The position numbers and the translations under genes are program-made. This document shows positions 50,213 to 60,389 of a stretch of 64,000 nucleotides of DNA, piece by piece. Each line of letters opens with the position of its first letter. The first letter of the stretch is position 1. The DNA comes from Spirochaetia bacterium (lineage in GTDB: Bacteria > Spirochaetota > Spirochaetia > SZUA-6 > Bin103), in assembly GCA_965203055.1 (NCBI GenBank), contig OZ241863.1:3808001-3872000 (forward strand), written 5' to 3'. Below the pieces are notes generated by a model that was not told the origin of the DNA, ran no database searches, and worked only from the letters and a program-made list of their open reading frames with translations.

Positions 50213-52558
50213 ATGAGCGATACCATGACCGCCAAGCCGGACTACCGCTGGATCGGCAAACGTCCGATCCGGCACGACGGCGTCGACAAGGTGACCGGCC
50301 GCGCCCAGTACGGCGCCGACTTCTCCCTGCCGGGCATGCTGTACGGCAAGGCGCTGCGCAGCACCTGCGCCCACGCCCGGATCAAGTCGATCGACACCCG
50401 CGCGGCGCGCGCCCTCGACGGGGTCAAGGACGTAATCACCGCGGCCGACTTTCCCGAAGTCAGCGCCGAAGGCCAGATCGACAGCGAGGCGCCGGCCAGC
50501 ATCAAGGATACGGCGCACAACGTGATCGCCCGCGGCAAGGTGCGCTACCACGGCCATACCGTGGCGGCGGTCGCAGCCGTCAGCCCGGCAATTGCCGACG
50601 CGGCCCTCAAGTTGATCGAGGTGGAGTACGAGCCGCTGCCGGTGGTGCTGGACGTGATGGAGGCGAGCGCCGCGGACGCGCCGTTGATCGACGAGTCGCT
50701 GCGCACCAACGGCGAGGCCGGCGCCGCCCCGTCCAACGTCGCCTCGCGCAACGTCTTCGAGGGCGGCGACCTGGACCGGGGCTTCGCCGCCGCGGAGGTG
50801 GTCTTCGAGCGCGAATTCGACAGCGCCACCGTCCATCAGGGCTATATCGAGACCCACGCCTGCATGGCGCGCGCCACCGAGAGCGGCGAGATCACCCTGT
50901 GGGTATCCAGCCAGGGTCACTTCTCGATCCGCGACAGCGCCGCCCAGGTGCTGGCGATCGAACCCTCCCTGATCCGGGCGATTCCGGCCGAGATCGGCGG
51001 CGGCTTCGGCGGCAAGACCACGGTCTACCTGGAGCCGCTCGCGATTCTGATGGCGCAGCGTACCGGGCATCCGGTGAAGATGGTGATGTCGCGCGACGAG
51101 GTGTTCCGCGGCACCGGCCCGGCGCCCGGCAGCCACACCCGCATCCGGATGGGCGCCACCCGCGACGGGCGCATCACCGCGGTGGACTGCGAGCTGTGGT
51201 TCGAGGCGGGCGGCTTCCCCGGCTCCGCGGTGGGGGCCGCCATGATGGCGCTGATCGCCCCCTACGAGGTGGCCAACTTCCGCATCGTCGGCTACGACGT
51301 GCTGGTCAACAAGCCCAAGTCGCACGCCTACCGCGCGCCCGGCGCGCCCAACGCCGCCCACGCCAGCGAGTGCGTGATCGACGAGATCTGCGAGGAGATC
51401 AAGATGGATCCTCTGCAGTTCCGCCTCAAGAACGCGGCCCGCAAGGGCACCAAGGCGCCCTACGGTCCGGTGTTCCCGGAGATCGGCATGGTGGAGACGG
51501 TGCAGGCGGCGCTGGATCATCCCCACTACCGGACGCCGCTGGGACCCAACCAGGGCCGCGGCGTGGCCTCCGGCTTCTGGATGAACGGCGGCGGCGACGC
51601 CACCGCCCATATCTCCGTCCTGCCGGACGGCAAGGTGACGCTGGTGACCGGGCGGCCTGACATCGGCGGCTCGCGCGCCGGCCACGCCATGGTACTGGCC
51701 GAGGAGCTGGGCATCGACGTGGACGACGTGCGGCCCTCGATCGGCGACACCGACGCCGTCGGCTTGAACGGCGTCACCGGCGGCAGCAGCACCGCCTACG
51801 CGGCCGCGGTAGCGGTGCACGAAGCCGCCGGCAAGCTGATCGCCGACGCCTGCCGCCGCGCCGCGGAGATCTGGGACGCGCAGCCGGCCGACGTCGAGTG
51901 GCGCGACGGCGCCGCCCATCTCAAGGCGGGGGTCAACGGCACCGAGGCGCCGCTCACGCTCAAGGAGCTGGCTTCCCGGGCGTCGCAGACCGGCGGACCG
52001 CTGGCCGCGGACGCGGCGGTCAACGCCAAGGGCGCCGCGCCCGCGCTCGGCACCCACATCTGCGACGTGGAGGTGGACCCCGAGACCGGCAAGGTGGACG
52101 TGGTCCGCTACACCGTGGTGCAGGACGCCGGACGGGCGATCCACAAGAGCTACGTGGAGGGCCAGATGCAGGGCGGCGCGGTGCAGGGCATCGGCTGGGC
52201 GCTCAACGAGGAGTACCTGTTCGACGAGGACGGGGTGATGGAGAACGCCGGCTTCCTGGACTACCGCATGCCGGTGGCGCTGGATCTGCCGATGATCGAC
52301 ACGGTGATCGTCGAAGTACCCAACCCGCGCCACCCCTACGGCGTGCGCGGCGTGGGCGAAAACGCCATCGTGCAGCCGCTGGCGGCGATTGCCAACGCCA
52401 TCTACGACGCCGCCGGCGTGCGCCTGTACCACGTGCCGATGTCACCTCCGAAGGTGCTCGCGGCGGTGCGGGAGGCGCAGGCCAAGCGGCGCGTCCCCGC
52501 CGGCAATGGCGCCGCGGCGCCCGCGCCGCGGGAACCGGAGCCGGTCGCCGCACGCTGA
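50213..52558 (+). CDS. xanthine dehydrogenase family molybdopterin-binding subunit
   Basis: DKVTGRAQY, IGGGFGGK, AYRAPG, EGQMQGG, RGVGE. Confidence 0.93.
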   Translation: MSDTMTAKPDYRWIGKRPIRHDGVDKVTGRAQYGADFSLPGMLYGKALRSTCAHARIKSIDTRAARALDGVKDVITAADFPEVSAEGQIDSEAPASIKDTAHNVIARGKVRYHGHTVAAVAAVSPAIADAALKLIEVEYEPLPVVLDVMEASAADAPLIDESLRTNGEAGAAPSNVASRNVFEGGDLDRGFAAAEVVFEREFDSATVHQGYIETHACMARATESGEITLWVSSQGHFSIRDSAAQVLAIEPSLIRAIPAEIGGGFGGKTTVYLEPLAILMAQRTGHPVKMVMSRDEVFRGTGPAPGSHTRIRMGATRDGRITAVDCELWFEAGGFPGSAVGAAMMALIAPYEVANFRIVGYDVLVNKPKSHAYRAPGAPNAAHASECVIDEICEEIKMDPLQFRLKNAARKGTKAPYGPVFPEIGMVETVQAALDHPHYRTPLGPNQGRGVASGFWMNGGGDATAHISVLPDGKVTLVTGRPDIGGSRAGHAMVLAEELGIDVDDVRPSIGDTDAVGLNGVTGGSSTAYAAAVAVHEAAGKLIADACRRAAEIWDAQPADVEWRDGAAHLKAGVNGTEAPLTLKELASRASQTGGPLAADAAVNAKGAAPALGTHICDVEVDPETGKVDVVRYTVVQDAGRAIHKSYVEGQMQGGAVQGIGWALNEEYLFDEDGVMENAGFLDYRMPVALDLPMIDTVIVEVPNPRHPYGVRGVGENAIVQPLAAIANAIYDAAGVRLYHVPMSPPKVLAAVREAQAKRRVPAGNGAAAPAPREPEPVAAR

Positions 52559-52638
52559 CCCCGCATCGCGCTGCAGGCGCAGCGCCGGCGATAGCGTCGG
52601 CGGGCAACCGCTGGCCGGGCGTTGCGCCTGCCAAGCGG

Positions 52639-53757
52639 TCAGTGGCGCACTGACCCGTCGGCGTAGTACGCGGCGGCGGGCCGGCGCGGCCGGAACGGCA
52701 GCCGCGCCGCGGCGGCCTCGTCGATCTCGATGCCGATTCCGGGGCGCTGCGGAAGCTGCAGGTAGCCGGCCACCACCCGCGGCGCCTCATCCACCAGCTC
52801 CAGCGCCGGCCCGGGCGGCAGGTTGGCCTCCTGCGCGAAGTAGTTGGGGATGGCGGCGTCGAGCTGCGCGAACGCCATGGTGTTGACCGGGCTGCCCATC
52901 AGGTGCGGGAAGTAGCGCACGAAGTGCGCCTCCGCCAGCGCCGCGATCTTCTTGGCCTGGGTAATGCCCCCGGCCAGCGACAGATCGGCGCGCACGAAGG
53001 CCACGATGCGGCGTCCGATCAGCTCGGCGAACCGATGCAGGCTGTAGCTGCGCTCGCCGGCGGCCAGCGGCAGGTCGATGCGGCGGGCGACGTATTCCAA
53101 CGCCTCCTCGCTCTGCGGCGGCAGCGGATCTTCGTAGTAGGTCAGGCGCAGCGGCGCCAGCTCGCGGGCCAGCGTGATCGCCTCGTCCGGCGTCAGGTTG
53201 CGGTGAATCTCCACGCCCAGATCGGCCCGCTCCCCCACCGCCTCGCGAATCGCGGCCACGATCTCCACCGCGGCGGCGAGCACCGCGGTGGAGCTTTCCG
53301 CCGCCTCCCAACCGGCGAAGAAGGGTTGGGTGCGGAGCGAGACGAAGCCCTGCTCCACCAGCTCCCGCGCATGGTCGGCCCGCTCCTCCGCGCTGGCGCC
53401 GGTCACGTTCTCGAACACCTTGATGCGGTCCCGGCAGCGGCCGCCCAGGAGGCGGTGCACCGGCAGCCCGGCCACCTTGCCGGCGATGTCCCACAGCGCC
53501 ACGTCGATGGCGCTCAGCGCGGCGCTCGCCACCGAGCCCATGAAGTGGCCGGCGCGCGAGACCGCCTGGTGGTGATGCTCGATCAGCGCCGGATCCTTGC
53601 CCACGAAGTACTCGGCGAGCGACTCGATGGCCCGCGCCACCACCTCGTGACTGGCCCACAGGCCGGCTTCGCCGTTCCCGGTCAGGCCGGCGTCGGTGGT
53701 GACCCGCACCAACAGATATTGGTCGCTGAGGATCGGCTTTACCGCGGTGATGCGCAT
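52639..53757 (-). CDS. mandelate racemase/galactonate dehydratase-like enolase-superfamily enzyme
   Basis: SAIDVALWDIAGK, YYEDP, AAGER, GGITQAKKIA. Confidence 0.9.
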   Translation of the reverse strand: MRITAVKPILSDQYLLVRVTTDAGLTGNGEAGLWASHEVVARAIESLAEYFVGKDPALIEHHHQAVSRAGHFMGSVASAALSAIDVALWDIAGKVAGLPVHRLLGGRCRDRIKVFENVTGASAEERADHARELVEQGFVSLRTQPFFAGWEAAESSTAVLAAAVEIVAAIREAVGERADLGVEIHRNLTPDEAITLARELAPLRLTYYEDPLPPQSEEALEYVARRIDLPLAAGERSYSLHRFAELIGRRIVAFVRADLSLAGGITQAKKIAALAEAHFVRYFPHLMGSPVNTMAFAQLDAAIPNYFAQEANLPPGPALELVDEAPRVVAGYLQLPQRPGIGIEIDEAAAARLPFRPRRPAAAYYADGSVRH

Positions 53758-53771
53758 GACCGCCCCCGCGC

Positions 53772-54635
53772 CTAATCGACCGGCACGCCGGCCGCGGCGG
53801 CGATGCGCCGCGTCGAGGCGACGGCGGCGGGGATGCGCTCATCCGGGAGATGCTCCACCAGCATGTAGCCGTCCGGCCGTAGCGCCTGCCAGCGCCGCAT
53901 GGCGGCCGCCAGGTCCAGGCAGCCTTCGCCGGGGGCCGCCTCGTCGAGATGCACCACGAACCCGTCCGCCGGGAGCAGGTCCTTGAGGTGGGCGATGGCG
54001 GCGACCGGCCCCATCAGATCGAAGATGTGATCGATCCGGGCGCGGCTGGAATATGCCTGTTCCAGCGACTGGAAGTGGTTGACGTAGTCCAGCACCACCC
54101 GAAGCCGCGGTGAGCCGACCGCGTCGATCACCCGGCGGTTGACTTCCGGGGTGCCGAGGATGGTCAGATTGTGGGTCTCCACCACCACGGTGAGCCCCGC
54201 CGCCTCCGCGGCCGCGGCCACGGCGCGCAGCTCGTCGATGAGCAGTTCCAGGCGGCCCGGTTCGTGGTTGCGCGGCGACGGACCGTAGGAGCCGGCAGGG
54301 CTCAGGCTGCCGGTGCGGATCAGCGCCACGCCCGCGTCCAGCGCGCGCCCCACCTCCAGGCCGCGCGCGATGGCGCGTTGAATCGCCGCGCGCACCGCGG
54401 GGTCGGGATCGAACAGGCACTCGCCGTAGCCGATGCCGAGCTGGGCCAGCTCCAGGCCGGCGTCGGCATAGCGCCGCCGGCAGTCGCGGAGCTGCACGGC
54501 GGTCACCGCGAACAGAACCTCGGCGGGCGCGTGGAAGCAGGCCGCCGACACGCCCAGCGCGCGCGCCCGCTGCAGGTGCTCGCCGCGTACGGCGCGCGGG
54601 TCTCCGGGCAGCAGGCCGACGATGCCGAGCCGCAT
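53772..54635 (-). CDS. sugar phosphate isomerase/epimerase (TIM barrel)
   Basis: VVETH, LDYVN, HLKD, LVEH metal ligands. Confidence 0.85.
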   Translation of the reverse strand: MRLGIVGLLPGDPRAVRGEHLQRARALGVSAACFHAPAEVLFAVTAVQLRDCRRRYADAGLELAQLGIGYGECLFDPDPAVRAAIQRAIARGLEVGRALDAGVALIRTGSLSPAGSYGPSPRNHEPGRLELLIDELRAVAAAAEAAGLTVVVETHNLTILGTPEVNRRVIDAVGSPRLRVVLDYVNHFQSLEQAYSSRARIDHIFDLMGPVAAIAHLKDLLPADGFVVHLDEAAPGEGCLDLAAAMRRWQALRPDGYMLVEHLPDERIPAAVASTRRIAAAAGVPVD

Positions 54636-54645
54636 GGCGCGCCGC

Positions 54646-55482
54646 TCAGCCGAGCTGCGCCAGGTAGTGGCGCATCTGCCGCACGTACTGCGGAAACCCC
54701 ACCGCCGGGTCGGGCAGATAATCCTTCCACGCCTTCTCCCACTCCAGCGTCAGGTAGCCGCCGTAGCTCTCGGCGCGCAGCACCCCCAGCGCGTCGACCA
54801 CCGGCACGTCTCCGTCGCCCAGCAGACAGTAGCGGTAGCCCTCCGGCTGGGCGTCGGTGAGGTACGAGTCCTTGAAGTGGACGTCCACCACCTGCGGGCC
54901 GACGTTGTCCCAGCACTGCCGCGGGGTCTGGCCGTATTGGCGCCACGGGTGATGCAGGTCCCACAGCACCTTGAGGAACGGATGAGCCACCCGCGCCACG
55001 ATCTCCTTCACCAGCACGGTGTCCACGAAGTCGTCGTGAGTCTCGATCGCGGCCGCCACGCCCACCGAGGCGCCGTACTCGGCCACGGCGCGCAGGCTCT
55101 CGACGATCCGGCCATGGGCGGCCGCGCGCTCCACCTGCGGCGCGATGCGCCCGCCGTACAGGCGGATCTTGTCGATCCCCATGGCCCGCGCCAAGTCCAT
55201 GTTCGCCTTCGCCTCGTCGACGTTGGCCCGCCGCGCCGCGGCGTCGGCCGACGAAAACTGGCAGCCGGTCATCAGCATCATGATCTCCAGGCCGGCGTCC
55301 GCCGCCCTGCGCAACGTCTCCGCGCGCCGCGCGGGCCGCAGCTCCGGCACCTTGAGGAGATCCATCTCCCCCATCACCCCCCGGATCTCGAACCCGTCGA
55401 AGCCATACTCCCGCGCCCTCTCCACGATCGTCGGATAAGGCCAGTCGGGACACCCCAACGTAGAAAACCCCAGCTTCATCAT
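54646..55482 (-). CDS. sugar phosphate isomerase/epimerase (TIM barrel)
   Basis: FSTLGCPDW, IETHDDF, WDLHH, HFKD, LEWEK.W. Confidence 0.88.
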   Translation of the reverse strand: MMKLGFSTLGCPDWPYPTIVERAREYGFDGFEIRGVMGEMDLLKVPELRPARRAETLRRAADAGLEIMMLMTGCQFSSADAAARRANVDEAKANMDLARAMGIDKIRLYGGRIAPQVERAAAHGRIVESLRAVAEYGASVGVAAAIETHDDFVDTVLVKEIVARVAHPFLKVLWDLHHPWRQYGQTPRQCWDNVGPQVVDVHFKDSYLTDAQPEGYRYCLLGDGDVPVVDALGVLRAESYGGYLTLEWEKAWKDYLPDPAVGFPQYVRQMRHYLAQLG

Positions 55483-56030
55483 GGGCACGCCCTCAACAAC
55501 ATCGGATTCGTAGTGAGCACCTCGATCCCTCCGGTAGTGAAGTCGGCGTCATTCGTCACCAGCTTCCATCCATTGCGACGGCACGTATCAGCTAACAGAC
55601 CATCGTTCAAGTCGCTCGCCCCGGCCTCAAAGCCTGCCAATACCTGCGCTATGTTCGTCTGTGCAAAGGGATGATCTACGCGCCGGCTCAACTTCAGTAT
55701 CTTTCGCGCGGCCGACGCCGCCTTTCTACCTGGCACAACGAAGTCCGATGACTTGCGGAAGTCCTTGAAGTCAGGGTATCTCCCCCTATGGAGGGCGTTC
55801 CACACGATACGACAATAGCGGTTCAGATACTCGCTGAGCACCAACACGTCGACAATCAGCTCCACTCCCGCGTACCGCATCGACTTCAGTCCTCGGCTGT
55901 ACGTCGCCGCGTGTCGATAGACTACTCCGATCGGTGTAGGAAACAAGTAGAGCCAAACATTGGCGTCGAACAGTAACGACTCTCCTTTACGGAACGAATA
56001 GTTGGACAGATGGTAAGCCTTATTCGTCAT
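55479..56030 (-). CDS. PIN-domain protein
   Basis: LLFDANVW, LSEYLN, DLND, LVTNDADF. Confidence 0.88.
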   Translation of the reverse strand: MTNKAYHLSNYSFRKGESLLFDANVWLYLFPTPIGVVYRHAATYSRGLKSMRYAGVELIVDVLVLSEYLNRYCRIVWNALHRGRYPDFKDFRKSSDFVVPGRKAASAARKILKLSRRVDHPFAQTNIAQVLAGFEAGASDLNDGLLADTCRRNGWKLVTNDADFTTGGIEVLTTNPMLLRACP

Positions 56031-56391
56031 CATCTTCTTCATCATTTCCCAATTCTTCACGCCACGCCCTATCGAACTCTTTGGGATTTTTGAAGTAGAC
56101 TTTCGCATTGTCGATTACATGCTGCCAAATCTCTGCATCGTCGGCGAGCAAGTGGGTCGCAGTAAGCAGGTCGTCGACATGTTCGTCTGGTAATTCACCG
56201 TATAGCTGGCCGACAGCTGCGTTGAGAAATGCGGAGATTATCGTCTCTACCCGATCGAAAGAAAGAACTACTGGCGTACCTGCCTGCAAGAGCGGCGCAA
56301 TCTTGTCATGTAAACGCTGCCCGTCGTCGGTCGAAACACAAAGCGAACCGCCGACAATGTCGAACACTCGAACGGTAATAGGTTGAATCAT
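56020..56391 (-). CDS. STAS-like (DUF4325) protein
   Basis: DDGQRL...VVLSFDRVETIISAFLNAAVGQLY, with the conserved Ser. Confidence 0.85.
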   Translation of the reverse strand: MIQPITVRVFDIVGGSLCVSTDDGQRLHDKIAPLLQAGTPVVLSFDRVETIISAFLNAAVGQLYGELPDEHVDDLLTATHLLADDAEIWQHVIDNAKVYFKNPKEFDRAWREELGNDEEDDDE

Positions 56392-57287
56392 GGCTCCTCC
56401 GAAGAAGAAATTTCCTTCCGCAGAAGGTAAATATTTGTATCAGCGGTGTTGACCTCAACGGTTACTGCAGTCCCGGGGAAGTCCGACGTCATTCTCAGAA
56501 AAACCTCGTTGCCACCGTCATATTCATGAAACGCAAATCGAGATACGATCCGAATCTTTCCCTGATTCTTGGTAGCGAACTGGCGAATGAATTCAAGACC
56601 GAGACCCCCGGGATGATTACCACGCTTCGTAGTATGGCTTTTCCTTACCGCCCATTTCAGTGCGGCAACGGAGCTGATCCTATTGACTAGCTCACGGTTC
56701 TCATCAGTCCACAGAATCTTGAAATAGCGACGAACCGCATCACGGATACCGATGCCGCCATCGGCGATGGTGAAATCCAGACGATCTCGAGAAAGGGTCT
56801 GTCCGCAGACAAAAATGCCGATTAATGACTCAGAATGGGTGACTGCATTATGATATACTTCGAATAGATTCTTCTTGAACATCCTTCTCGCCATATCAGA
56901 CAAGCTGGGAAACGCTTCCCTTGCAAACAGACGGTGAACATATTCTTCCAAAGCTCGCCTGTCAGAAAGTCGAAAACGGCAATGGGGAATGGTAGTACTC
57001 TGTACATCATCGATTGGTTCATACCGAAAGTGAGTGAGAAACTGGTTTTCCCTTAGTATCTGTTCTACGTCTGCAGGTACAGATACAATCTTGACAGAGT
57101 TGAACTTGTCGGTTACGCGAGCAAGAACCACGCCAAGAGGAGCGGCCATGTTGGCGTCGAACGAGCTCACTCGCGACATGTCCAGTTCGAGTTTGTCGGC
57201 ATAGAGATGCCTGGTCGCTTTCGCAAGTTGGCCGAGGCATTCGAATCCCGCGCGATTGCTACGCACGCTGCGCAGTTGGTAGATCAA
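56388..57287 (-). CDS. HATPase_c (anti-sigma/Ser kinase-like) protein
   Basis: EVYHNAVTHS (N box), IADGGIGI (G1), GGLGL (G2), GTAV. TTG start overlaps the rbsK stop. Confidence 0.82.
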   Translation of the reverse strand: MIYQLRSVRSNRAGFECLGQLAKATRHLYADKLELDMSRVSSFDANMAAPLGVVLARVTDKFNSVKIVSVPADVEQILRENQFLTHFRYEPIDDVQSTTIPHCRFRLSDRRALEEYVHRLFAREAFPSLSDMARRMFKKNLFEVYHNAVTHSESLIGIFVCGQTLSRDRLDFTIADGGIGIRDAVRRYFKILWTDENRELVNRISSVAALKWAVRKSHTTKRGNHPGGLGLEFIRQFATKNQGKIRIVSRFAFHEYDGGNEVFLRMTSDFPGTAVTVEVNTADTNIYLLRKEISSSEEP

Positions 57288-58237
57288 CGAGGATTCTCCG
57301 TCAGGAAGGCGTCGACTTGGCGGCGGGTGTGGTAGGAGGGCAGGGTGGCGAGTCCGGTGCAGCAGAGGGCGGCGGCGGCGTTGGCGAAGCGGGCCGCCTC
57401 GGCCAGCGGGCGGCCTTCCGCCAGCGCCACGGCCAGGCCGGCGTTGAACGCGTCGCCGGCGCCGGTGGTGTCCACCACCCGCGGGATCGGGAAGCCGGGC
57501 ACGTGCTCGCTGCCCGCGGCGGTGACGCACAAGCAGCCGCGCTCGCCAAGGGTGAGCAGCGCCGCGCCGCAGCCCCGGGCCAGCAACCGGCGGCCCAGTT
57601 CCTCCTCGTCGGCGCGGGCGTCGGCGGCGAGCCCCAGGCAGACGCGAGCCTCGGTCTCGTTGGGGGTGATGACCGCCACGCCGGACAGGTCCTGCGCGGT
57701 CAGATCCCGGGCCGGCGCGGGGTTGAGGATGGTGGCGCAGCCGGCGGCGCGCCCCGCCTGCATGCCGCGCAGGGCGGTCGGCAGCGGAATCTCGAGCTGA
57801 GTCAGCACCGTCGCCGGCGGGCGCAGCAGGTCACGCGCGCGGTCGACGTCCGCGGCCGCGAAGTGAGCGTTCGCGCCGGGGTCGATGGCGATCATGTTCT
57901 GCCCGGCGCCGCCGAGCAGGATGAAGCCGACGCCGGTGGGGCTGTCCGCCTGAAACTGCAGGTGGCTCGCGCCCACTCCCTCGGCCGCCAGCAGGTCGCG
58001 GAACGCCCACCCGCGGGCATCGCCGCCCACCCGGCCGACGTAGCTGACGCTCGCCCCCAGCCGAGCCGCCTGCACCGCCATGTTGGAACCCTTGCCGCCG
58101 TGGGTCTCGAAGTAGCCGCGCCCGTGGACCGTCTCCCCGACTGCCGGAAAGCGCTCCACCTCGATCACCAGCGCCGCCAGGTAGCTGCCGATCACCACTA
58201 CCGGCGCCGGCCCGCGGGCGGCCGCGTCAGGCTTCAT
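57284..58237 (-). CDS. rbsK: ribokinase
   Basis: GGKGSNMA, PNETE, DTTGAGDAF. Confidence 0.85.
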   Translation of the reverse strand: MKPDAAARGPAPVVVIGSYLAALVIEVERFPAVGETVHGRGYFETHGGKGSNMAVQAARLGASVSYVGRVGGDARGWAFRDLLAAEGVGASHLQFQADSPTGVGFILLGGAGQNMIAIDPGANAHFAAADVDRARDLLRPPATVLTQLEIPLPTALRGMQAGRAAGCATILNPAPARDLTAQDLSGVAVITPNETEARVCLGLAADARADEEELGRRLLARGCGAALLTLGERGCLCVTAAGSEHVPGFPIPRVVDTTGAGDAFNAGLAVALAEGRPLAEAARFANAAAALCCTGLATLPSYHTRRQVDAFLTENPR

Positions 58238-60284
58238 CTTTCACGCAGCGGAAGCCGATGGTGGCGCAGCGGTCGATGCCGGGATACAGCAGCAACACCT
58301 TTTCGTGGCAGTCGTTGGCCTGCGCGCCGCTGGCCAGGTACCACTTGCTGCCCTGCACCGGCAGATAGCTGCCGCCGCGCACGATGGCAAACCGCGTGTG
58401 CCCGTCGTCCCGCTCGCTTTCGGTCCACTCCCACACGTTGCCGCACAGGTCGAGGCAGCCGCACGGGCTGGCGCCGGCGGGGAACCGGTCCACCGGGGTG
58501 GTGCCGCCGGAGTTCCCGTTGCAGCGGTCGGCGGCGAACGAATCGCCCCACGGCCAGCGGTCGCGGCCGGCGGCGCGCTGCCACTCCTCTTCCCGCGGCA
58601 GCCGCTTGCCGGCCCAGCGGGCGTAGGCGCGGGCGTCCTCCAGGTCCACCCACACCACCGGATGGCGCTCCTTGCCGGCCGGTATCCGCCAGCGCCGCGG
58701 CTCGTCAGCCGGCGCCTCCCCGCGCGGCCAGTGGCGCAGGAAGTTGCGCAACTCCGCTGGCCGATAGCCGCTCGCGTCCAGGAACGCCTTGAACCGGGCG
58801 TTGGTCACCTCGGTGCGGTCGATCCAGTAGGGCCGCAGCTCGAATGCCTGCGGCGGATGGGAGAGATCGCGGTGATGATCCTGGCTCCCGTAGCACGCTC
58901 CTTCCATGACCGCGGCGACGTCGTGGCGCACCAGCATGACGTAGGGGCCGCCCTCCACCCGGCACATCTCCGGCGGCGCTGCGCCGCCCGCAACCGGCGG
59001 CGCCGGCGCGGCCGGCGCCGGCCGCAGGTCGGCCACGTTGACCCGGCGGCGGTAGCCCGCGTCCCCGTTCGGTCCCGCCGCCGCGGCCGGCGGGAAGGGT
59101 ACGGCCACCCCCTCCGGCGCCGATACCACGCAGCCGGCGCCGCCCGGCGCCAGCGCGGGCGCCAGCGCCGCGCCGCCGGCATGCTCCACCGGCCGCAACT
59201 CGCGCCTGTTCCAGACGTCGTAATGGCGCAGCGGCGCACCCGACGAATCGCGCGCGGCCACTTCCAGCACCGGCCCGGCGCTGGCCTCCGCCGAGGTATT
59301 CAACAGTGTATGCACCACCCGCTGCCCGTCCTGCCAGCGGTGCGCGTACACCCCGTCCGCCAGGGTCGCTACGCACGGCTGCCAGTGCGGGTCCTGGAAC
59401 GCCGCGGCGTAGGCGCGCAGCAGCCACACGCAACGCCGCAGCAGGGCGCGGTCCGCGGCCGGCCACGGATTCCACCAGCCGAAGATGTTTTCCCACACCA
59501 CCTGCCCGCAGCCGTGGAAGAACGCCGTCTGCACGATCTCCTGATGGTCGAGCGCGGTGCGGTCGATGGCGCGGAACGAGAAGCGCGGCTCCAGCCAGCG
59601 GATGGTCAGCAGCCCCGGCGGCGCCGGCGCGGGCCGTTGCAGCCAACTGCCGGTCACCGACTGCATGGCGCTGAGCGGCGGCACCACCTCCGGGTCGAGC
59701 ACGATCTCCGGATTGGCGTCTTCCAGCGCCGCGCGAAAGCCGGGCTGATCCATGGTCATGGTGTCCAGGAACACGCCGTCGGCGCCGATCGCCGCCACGA
59801 TCCCGGCCAGCGCCGCGCCGTCGGAGCAGCCCCGCGGTTCGCGCCGGGTACCGATGTCCCACGGGTTGTAGTTGACGAACACGCGTACCCCGCGGGCCTG
59901 GGCGCGCCGTACCAGCTCGCGCAGCGCCGGCAGGCCGCCCGGCATGTCGCGGTACAGGTCGAACTGGTTGCGCCCGTCGATCCCCAGCCGCGGATAGGAC
60001 TGCCACAGCAGCACGAAGTCGTAGCCGCCAAACTCGCGCTCGCCGTCATCCAGGATCTCGTCGATGCGGTAGCGGCGCGCCGCGCGGTCGTAGAAGCGGG
60101 TGTCGTACATGAACAGGAACGCTTCCACGCAGGCGCGCCGGTACCAAGCCGTTGCCGGACGCTCGAACAGGCGGCCGTCGAGTTTCCGCCGCAGCTCCGC
60201 GCGCCGTTCCTCCAGAGCGGCCGCCGCCGCCGGTCCGCCGCCGACCGCGGAGAGGTCGTTGTACCACTGTGCCGGGTCAATCAT
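58227..60284 (-). CDS. FGE-sulfatase (SUMF1-like) domain protein with large N-terminal domain
   Basis: TEVTN, HPVVWV, KRLPREEEW, GNVWEW, RGGSY, IGFRC. Confidence 0.85.
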   Translation of the reverse strand: MIDPAQWYNDLSAVGGGPAAAAALEERRAELRRKLDGRLFERPATAWYRRACVEAFLFMYDTRFYDRAARRYRIDEILDDGEREFGGYDFVLLWQSYPRLGIDGRNQFDLYRDMPGGLPALRELVRRAQARGVRVFVNYNPWDIGTRREPRGCSDGAALAGIVAAIGADGVFLDTMTMDQPGFRAALEDANPEIVLDPEVVPPLSAMQSVTGSWLQRPAPAPPGLLTIRWLEPRFSFRAIDRTALDHQEIVQTAFFHGCGQVVWENIFGWWNPWPAADRALLRRCVWLLRAYAAAFQDPHWQPCVATLADGVYAHRWQDGQRVVHTLLNTSAEASAGPVLEVAARDSSGAPLRHYDVWNRRELRPVEHAGGAALAPALAPGGAGCVVSAPEGVAVPFPPAAAAGPNGDAGYRRRVNVADLRPAPAAPAPPVAGGAAPPEMCRVEGGPYVMLVRHDVAAVMEGACYGSQDHHRDLSHPPQAFELRPYWIDRTEVTNARFKAFLDASGYRPAELRNFLRHWPRGEAPADEPRRWRIPAGKERHPVVWVDLEDARAYARWAGKRLPREEEWQRAAGRDRWPWGDSFAADRCNGNSGGTTPVDRFPAGASPCGCLDLCGNVWEWTESERDDGHTRFAIVRGGSYLPVQGSKWYLASGAQANDCHEKVLLLYPGIDRCATIGFRCVKDEA

Positions 60285-60389
60285 GGACCCGATCATGCCA
60301 CGAAAGGCCCGTTCGTGCACGGTCCTCGACTACCGCGGACGCGGCATGCCATGCTCGGCGAACCGAGACCAGCCCAAGGGGAGGTGTCC

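Noticed and set aside
50213..52558. Form I CO dehydrogenase CoxL
   Set aside because: The active-site loop is AYRAPG, not AYxCSFR.
58305..60389. Apparent 1146 aa aminotransferase fusion
   Set aside because: The first 695 codons are antisense to the FGE-domain gene; RBS and ATG are at 60390.
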